NCBI GenBank assembly: GCA_965240325.2
Contig: OZ251236.1
Coordinates: 806,001-870,000 of the forward strand
Length of the DNA: 64,000 bases
Direction: 5' to 3'
Source: Rebecca billardiae RCC1528
Lineage: Eukaryota > Protista > Haptophyta
The notes under the pieces: model-generated
The model's input: the letters and a program-made list of their open reading frames with translations, nothing else
Database searches by the model: none
What the model was told of the DNA's origin: nothing
Made by a program: the position numbers and the translations under genes
Shown here: in pieces, positions 59,309-64,000 of the stretch
Position numbering within the stretch: the stretch's first letter is position 1
Layout: the number at the start of each line of letters is the position of its first letter

Positions 59309-61548
59309 GCCGCCGCCGCCCGCCGCCAAGCTGCGCGCGGCCGAGGCTTCGCTTGCGCTCACGCTGCTCGGCGGGTGCACGCCGTCGAGCCAGCGGCGGC
59401 TCACGCTGCACGCGGCGAACGGGCTGCTGCGCGAGGCGCGCTCTCTGCCCGTGGCCCTGCCCGCCGTCGAGCAGCTGCAGCGCGCCACCGAGGCGGCGGT
59501 CGAGTGGCAGGCGCGCGCCGCCGCCACGCTCGATGCTGAGGACGAGGAGGTCCGCTCAGAGGCGGCGCTCTCGCAGCTCGCGCGGGAGGCGGCCGCGCTG
59601 CGCGTCGCGCTGCCCGAGCAGGATCGGCTCACGCGCGAGCTCGCGCAGATGCGCTGGAAGTCAGGCTCGCAGGTGCGCGCCGCGCCCGCGCGCACACGTC
59701 CTCACCCCTCCTTCGCGCGCCGCGAGCGCGCTCTCGCCCGCCGCGAGCGCTCGCGCGCGCGCGCGCTCACGGCTGCGTGCGCGCCCCGCGCCGCGCCGCC
59801 GCGCCCCGCGTGTTCGCGCGCAGGACGAGCTGCTCTCGGCATTGGGCGAGCGCACGCCGCTGCCGCGGCTCAAGCTGCTCGTCGCCGAGGCCAACCGCAT
59901 CGGTCTGGCCGCGCTGCCTGTCGTGCGCGCTGCGCTTACGTCGGTCGAGCGCGCGGAGGCGATGGAGGAGCGCTCGCTCTTCGCGGTGCAGAACCGCGCG
60001 CCGCTCGAGGCGGCGCGGCGGCTGCTCGTCGAGGCTGCGGAGCTGCCCACCGCGCTGGAGAACACCGCGCGGCTCGAGCGCGCCGTGCGCACCGCCGAGG
60101 CCGCCGCCGACTCGGCGGGTCTAATCCTGCGGGGCCGGCGCGCGACACTGGACGAGGTCCGCGCGCTGCTCCGGACGCTGCGCTCCCTCGAGCTGGCGGT
60201 GACGCAGGAGGCGCAGATCGAGTCGCTCGCGGTGCTGGCGGAGTGGTGGTCGTCGAGGCTCGCCGCGCTCGTGTGCAAGCCCGGCACGCCGAGCGACGCT
60301 CCCTCCGTCCTCAAGCTGCTCCGAGAGCTCGCCACCGAGGGGACGGCCGCGTCGTCATCCAAGGGCGGCGGCGCCAAGTCCAAAGCGCGCGGGAAGGGCG
60401 GCGGCGGCGACAAGGCGAGCAAGGCGGCGGCGAAGGCGGCGGCGGCGGCGGCGGCGGACGACGCGGACGACGACGCGGCCAACTCCACCTGCCCGTACTG
60501 CACCGACTCCTCCGCCGCCGCGCGCGAGCGCGAGGCGGCGATGCAATCGTGGATCGCGTGCGACACGTGCGAGACGTGGTACCACTCGGAGTGCGTGCAC
60601 GTCTCCAAGGCGCAGGCGGAGTCGCTCGACACGTACCAGTGCCCCGCGTGCGCGGGGAAGGCGGGCGTGCCGTACGCGTTCCGGCTGCCCGCGCCGCCCA
60701 AGCGCACCCGCCGCCCGCGCCTCCGCCTCGCGCGCGCGCTGCTTGCCGAGGCTGAGGCGCTTGGTGTGCAGCTGCCTGAGATTGAACCTCTGGCGCTGCT
60801 GAGTGCCAACGCGGAGGCGTGGCAGGAGGGCGCGCAGCGCGTGCTCGCGAGCACGCCGCCGCCGTCGACCGCGCAGCTGCAGGAGCTGCTCGCGGCGGGC
60901 GAGACGCTCGAGGTCGAGCCCGAGCTCGTCTCTGTGCTGCGCGAGGCTCTCGGGGTGCGCGCGAGCGCGCGAGCGCGCGCGGCCGCCGAGCTCTCGGCTG
61001 CCGAGCAGCGCGCCGGTGCGGGCGTGTGTGAGTGAGGCTGGGGCGCGCGCGCGTGCTCACGCGCGCCCTTGCCGGCGGTGCCGGTGCCGCCGCTGCGCTG
61101 TGCGCAGGGCATGCGCGCGGAGGAGTGGAAGTACACGCTGGCCGCGCACCGCTCGCACTTTGAGCGCGAGCAGCACAGGCAGAGCAGTGCGATGGTGCGC
61201 GCGCACGCGTGTGCGCTCGTGCGTCTGCGCGTCTGCGCGTCTGCGCGCGTGCGCGTGCGCGTGTGCGCGCTGTCTGAGCTGCGCGCGGTCGCGGGCCTCA
61301 CACGCCACACGCACTCACGCCGTCCGCGTCGCGTCGCGTCGCGCCGTGTGGCTGCGCGCCGCGCGCGCCCGCGCCTTGCTCGCTGCGCAGGTGCTCCAAA
61401 ACATGATGGCTGCCGCCGCGGCCGGGCAGCAGGGCGCGCCGCCGTACGGCGACGCGCAGCTGCACGCGGCGCACATCGCCGCGCAGCAGCAGCAGGCGGC
61501 GGCGGCGCAGCAGGCGGCGGCGGCGCAGCAGGCGGCGGCGGCGGCGGC

Positions 61549-61583
<35 letters not shown>

Positions 61584-62823
61584 CGCAGGCGTCACACTCA
61601 AAGCAGGCCGCGGCGCAGCTGGGCGTCTCGGCAGCGCAGTGCCCGTGCGCGCGCGCGCAGATGGGCGGCGGCGCGATGGGCGCGATGGCGATGACGCGCG
61701 CGCCGCCGCAGGGCGCAGCGTGTGCAACCAGCGCCGGGCAGTTGGGCGGACCCCACGCGTGCGACGGCGCGGCGCACGCCGCCTCGGCCGACTCTGCCGC
61801 GGCGGTGCAGGCGGCGGTGCAAGCGGCGGTGCAGGCCGCGGCGCAGGCGGCGGCGCAGGCAGCGGCGCAGGCGGCGCAGCAGGCGGCGCAGCAGGCGGGC
61901 ATGCAAGGCGGGCAGGGACAGCCCTCGGCCGCGCACATCGCGCAGATCATGGCGGCCGCGCAGCGCGCCGCGCAGCAGGCGGCGATGCAGCAGCCGCAGC
62001 ACGCCGCCATGCACCCGCACGCGGCGCACGCGGCGCAGGCGGCGGCGCAGGCGGCCGCGCAGCAGGCGGCCGCGCAGGTGGTCGCCGCCCAGCACGGGCT
62101 GCACCTGCAGCAGCCGCCGCCGCACGCGCACCCGCACGCGCTGCATGCGCAGCCCACGGCGCAGGCGCAGCTCGGCGGCGCGCGCGTCGCGCACGTCCCC
62201 CCGGTGCACGCGCACGCGCATCCGGCGGCCGCGGCGGTGATGCACTCGCACTCGGCACACCACGCCCACGGCGCGCACGCGCACCTGCAGCCGGGCGCGG
62301 CGGCGGGGCACCAGGTGCACGCGCCGCACCACGCGGCGGCGCACGCGCACGTGCACGCGCACGCGCACGCGGGCCACCCGGCGCACGCGCCGCACGCGCC
62401 GCACGCGCAGCACGGCGCGGGGCACCCGATGGCCGCGGGGCACGCGCAGCCGTACGGGGGCCAGCAGCAGCGCATGGCGCACGGCGGCGGCCACGGCGGC
62501 GGCCACGGCGGCGGCCACGGCGGCGGCCACGGCGGCGGCCACGGCGGCGGCGGCGCCCCGATCCACATCGTCGTCGCCACGGACCAACACGGCAAGCAGC
62601 TGCAGCACACGCACCCGCAGGCGGTGATGCCTCACCACGCCGCGCGCGCGGCGCCGATGCAGCAGCCGGGCGCGGGTGCGGTCGCGCTGGCGCAGCCGAT
62701 GGCAGGCTCGCCGTATGAGGCGCATGCGCATGCTGCGCAGCACGCGCAGCACGCGCAGGGGCACGCGCACGCGCACGCGCACGCGCACGCGCACGCGGTG
62801 GCGCAGCAGCAGGCGCAGCAGGC

Positions 62824-62859
<36 letters not shown>

Positions 62860-62910
62860 GCAGCCGCAGCCGTCGCCGCAGCGGCTGCATGCGCAGCAGC
62901 AGCAGCATGC

Positions 62911-62965
<55 letters not shown>

Positions 62966-63883
62966 GCGCTGCAGCAGCAGCATGCGCAGCAGCAGCAGCA
63001 GCAGCAGCAGCAGGCGCAGCAGCCACAGATGGCACAGCCGTTGCACCAGCAGCCGCCGCAGTCGCAGCAGCAACCGCAGCAGCCGCAGCCGCAGCGCAGG
63101 CGCACCTCCGCTGCGCCCTCGCCAGTGCCAATGGCGGGGGCTACGCTCGAGCCCGGGGCGCCGCCGCCCGGCGCGCCGCCGCCCGGCGCGCCTGCTCCGA
63201 AGCGCGGCGGGGCGCCGACGCCGCCGCCGCAGGCGCGCACAGAGGAGCCCCCCGACGGCGCGAGAGGGGCGCCCGCGGGCGCTCTGCCCTCGGCCGACGC
63301 ACTGGGTGGCCCGTTGGCGCGCACACCCACGCCGCCGGCCGCGCCGCGCGACGCCGCGCTCGCGCTCGGCACCGCCGCCGCCGCAACCGCTCTGCTGGCC
63401 CCGCCGAGCGTTGCCGCCGCGGAGGCTGGCGCCGCCCCGGCGGCGCGGCGCTCGCGCACGCCGACCCCGCCGCCGGAGGCCGTGCTGCGGGCAGTCGATC
63501 CGCAGCCTGAGCAGGAGCAGCGGCCGCGCACGCCGCCGTTCGGCGGGTCGGACGAGGACGAGGCGGAGGTGCCGGGCGGCGCCGGCGCGCTTCTGCCGCC
63601 CGTGCCGCCGCCCGCACCGCCGCCCGCGCCGCAGGATTCGCATGGCATCGCGCCGCGCTCGCCGGCGCGCGCGTTGCCCGGCGCGATGGATGTCGAGGAG
63701 CAGCCGCTCGCGCCCGCGCCGCCGCGCCCTGGGCTGGCGGCCGGCGGCGCGGGGCAGGCTGCACTGCTGCCCGCAGCAAGCACCGCGGATGGCGGCAATG
63801 ATCATGATGGCGGCGCTGAGCAGGGGCAGCAGGGCGAGGGCGGCGCTGATGCCGGTGGCGCCGCCTCGCCGATGGAGGAGTAA
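53118..63883 (+). CDS. KDM5: KDM5/JARID1-like chromatin protein: JmjN-ARID-(inactive JmjC)-degenerate C5HC2-PLU1-PHD-PLU1-PHD-Q/H-rich tail, ~3385 aa
   Basis: Introns 53960-54067, 59673-59823, 60955-61107, 61195-61390. JmjN APVLRPSEEEFAEP..YGLVRVVPP; ARID LDMHKLF..V..MGG...RWPEV...LRQHYAKILLPYE; JmjC-like EYLHSGAPRSWYTVP and QEAGQFVLVAP; two PHDs WIACDTCETWYHSECV. Joining of the last two exons is less certain. Confidence 0.85.
62810..63095 (+). repeat. Coding (CAG)n poly-Gln tracts
   Basis: Interrupted CAG runs encoding the poly-Q of the KDM5-like tail. Confidence 0.9.
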
Positions 63884-64000
63884 TCGTCGTGACTACAGTA
63901 GTGTGCAGCATCCCGTTCGCGGCTTCGAATCGAAGGAGCCCGCGCGTTTCAATAATATAGGATAAGACTATACAGGCGGTTCAGACGCGATGATTTTCAG

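Overview
Very GC-rich eukaryotic DNA with short GT-AG introns rich in (CG)n. The style suggests an alga, possibly a haptophyte (inference only). Most six-frame ORFs are antisense or shadow frames. Supported genes, left to right: (1) the 5' end of a PH-GRAM/myotubularin-like gene (-); (2) a secretory protein with two fucosyltransferase-like domains (+); (3) a sulfotransferase (+); (4) a kinesin-4 (-); (5) a ~7,350-aa uninterrupted RNF213/mysterin-like AAA+ ATPase/RZ-finger E3 ligase with N-terminal NHL repeats (+); (6) a 4-exon piggyBac-family transposase with an intact DDD triad and Cys-rich domain, fused to a degenerate DEDD-exonuclease-like domain and lacking a nearby TTAA terminus (-); (7) a RING-LRR-acidic gene head-to-head with the transposase (+). 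A ~5 kb repeat/TE-remnant zone with an HTH-psq ORF follows. Then: (8) a 3-exon NDUFA7-like gene missed by the ORF track (-); (9) UCHL5/UCH37 (+); (10) selenoprotein K with an in-frame UGA and a SECIS (-); (11) a two-domain phosphoglycerate mutase whose first domain looks inactive (+); (12) a large KDM5-like protein with a catalytically dead JmjC (+). Best candidates for new biology are the NHL-RNF213-like E3 and the exonuclease-fused, apparently domesticated piggyBac plus RING-LRR pair. All domain calls come from reading motifs by eye; no searches were run.
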